A DNA stretch of 64,000 bases. It comes from Octopus vulgaris (Eukaryota). The notes under the pieces were generated by a model that made no database searches, was not told where the DNA came from, and was given only the letters and a program-made list of their open reading frames with translations. The position numbers and the translations under genes were made by a program. The stretch's first letter is position 1. The number at the start of each line of letters is the position of its first letter. Location of the stretch: positions 76,880,001 through 76,944,000 of the forward strand of contig OX597827.1 of the NCBI GenBank assembly GCA_951406725.2, in the 5' to 3' direction. Below are positions 62,750 to 64,000 of the stretch, piece by piece.

Positions 62750-62858
62750 ACAACACACACACACACATATATATATAATATATGTGTATATATATGTGTG
62801 TGTATATATATACATGTATATATATATATGTATATATATATACATGTATATATATATA

Positions 62859-62946
<88 letters not shown>

Positions 62947-62996
62947 ATATACATACACATACATATGTTGTATATATGTATGTATTTGTGTGTGTT

Positions 62997-63042
<46 letters not shown>
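62750..63042. repeat. (TA)n-rich microsatellite
   Basis: Direct inspection. Confidence 0.95.
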
Positions 63043-63044
<2 letters not shown>

Positions 63045-63093
63045 TCTTTAAGCTTATGGTTTGTGTGTGTGTGTGTGTGTGAGCGTGTATACG

Positions 63094-63260
63094 TGCAGGA
63101 GTGGCTGTGTGGTAAGTAGCTTGCTTCCCAACCACATGGTCCCGGGTTCAGTCTCACTGTGTGGCACCTCGGACAAGTGTCTTCTACTCTAGCCTCAGGC
63201 TGACCAAAGCTTTGTTAGTGGATTTGGTAGACGGAAACTGAAAGAAGCCCATCGTTTATG

Positions 63261-63294
<34 letters not shown>

Positions 63295-63520
63295 CACACA
63301 CATATATGTATGTATATATTTATGTGCGTGTGTGTGTGTGTGTTTGATAACCGATGTTGGTGTGTTTACTTCCCAGTCACTCAGCAGTTCGGCAAAAGAA
63401 ACTGATGGAATAAGTACAAGGCTTACACAGAATAAGTCCTGGGGCTGATTTGTTCGACTAAAGGCAGTGCTCCAGCATGGCCGCAGTCAAATGACTGAAG
63501 CAAGTAAAAGAACAAAAGAT
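63094..63520 (+). mobile_element. Full-length SINE family A
   Basis: Near-consensus. Confidence 0.92.
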
Positions 63521-63621
63521 TATACATGGGGATGGGCATGGAATAAAGACACACACACACACACTATTTTTATTTGATTTTCGCTTTAGTTTTTGTTTAT
63601 ATTATTTTTTGTTTATATGTC

Positions 63622-63667
63622 TATCAAAGCTCTTTCATGACACATTCTCTGACGTCATCAGTGACTC
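63622..63667 (-). ncRNA. Degenerate hammerhead-like motif (homolog of 35281)
   Basis: GAGUCA-CUGAUGA-C-GUCAGAGAAUGUGUCAU-GAAA-GAGCU-U-UGAU; helix II damaged. Confidence 0.5.
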
Positions 63668-63735
63668 TATGTCCAATGTGTGTCCTCTTGTCCTGCTTTT
63701 CCCATTTTGTGCTATATATACACATATACATATAT

Positions 63736-63774
63736 GTCTTTCTGCGAAGAGCGTAGGCTCGAAACGTAAAAGAC
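63736..63774 (+). ncRNA. Minimal hammerhead-like motif with a shortened core
   Basis: GUCUUU-CUGCGA-A-GAGC(GUAG)GCUC-GAAA-CG-UA-AAAGAC: perfect helices I and II, palindromic ACGU helix III, GUA triplet; core is one nt short of CUGANGA. Confidence 0.6.
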
Positions 63775-63869
63775 TTGTTCTATTTCTATTCCTGAGAGCC
63801 ATACTAATACATTTGTTTGTTTGTACTCCACCTGCCTTCGTCTTTTGTTTATTTTCGTAAACCTTCCCG

Positions 63870-63923
<54 letters not shown>

Positions 63924-64000
63924 ATATTATTATTATTATTATTATTATTGTTATTAATAGCAATGGTATGACAACAAAAGAATGAAAGAGACCTCGATAT

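Overview
AT-rich eukaryotic DNA dominated by microsatellites and interspersed repeats. The repeat families and microsatellite load are most consistent with an octopus (coleoid cephalopod) genome; this is inference. No intact protein-coding gene can be identified, and almost every ORF in the supplied track is a translated microsatellite or repeat. The window holds dozens of modular tRNA-derived SINEs (families labelled A-E here, my own names) and decayed LINE fragments (RTE, CR1-group, R4/Dong-like). It also holds a decayed Penelope-like element (RT plus GIY-YIG), Tc1/mariner remnants, TTAA-flanked piggyBac-type MITEs (one propagating as a dimer) and three non-autonomous Helitrons. A CpG-rich zone at about 42.5-45.5 kb looks like a promoter with a minus-strand first exon, so 1-44.6 kb may be mostly intron; it contains a candidate 10-nt microexon. 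The most notable observation is seven minimal type-I hammerhead-ribozyme-like motifs in four short repeat families. One carries a compensatory G3-C8 swap of the catalytic core. Repeat boundaries were read by eye and are approximate unless exact termini are quoted.
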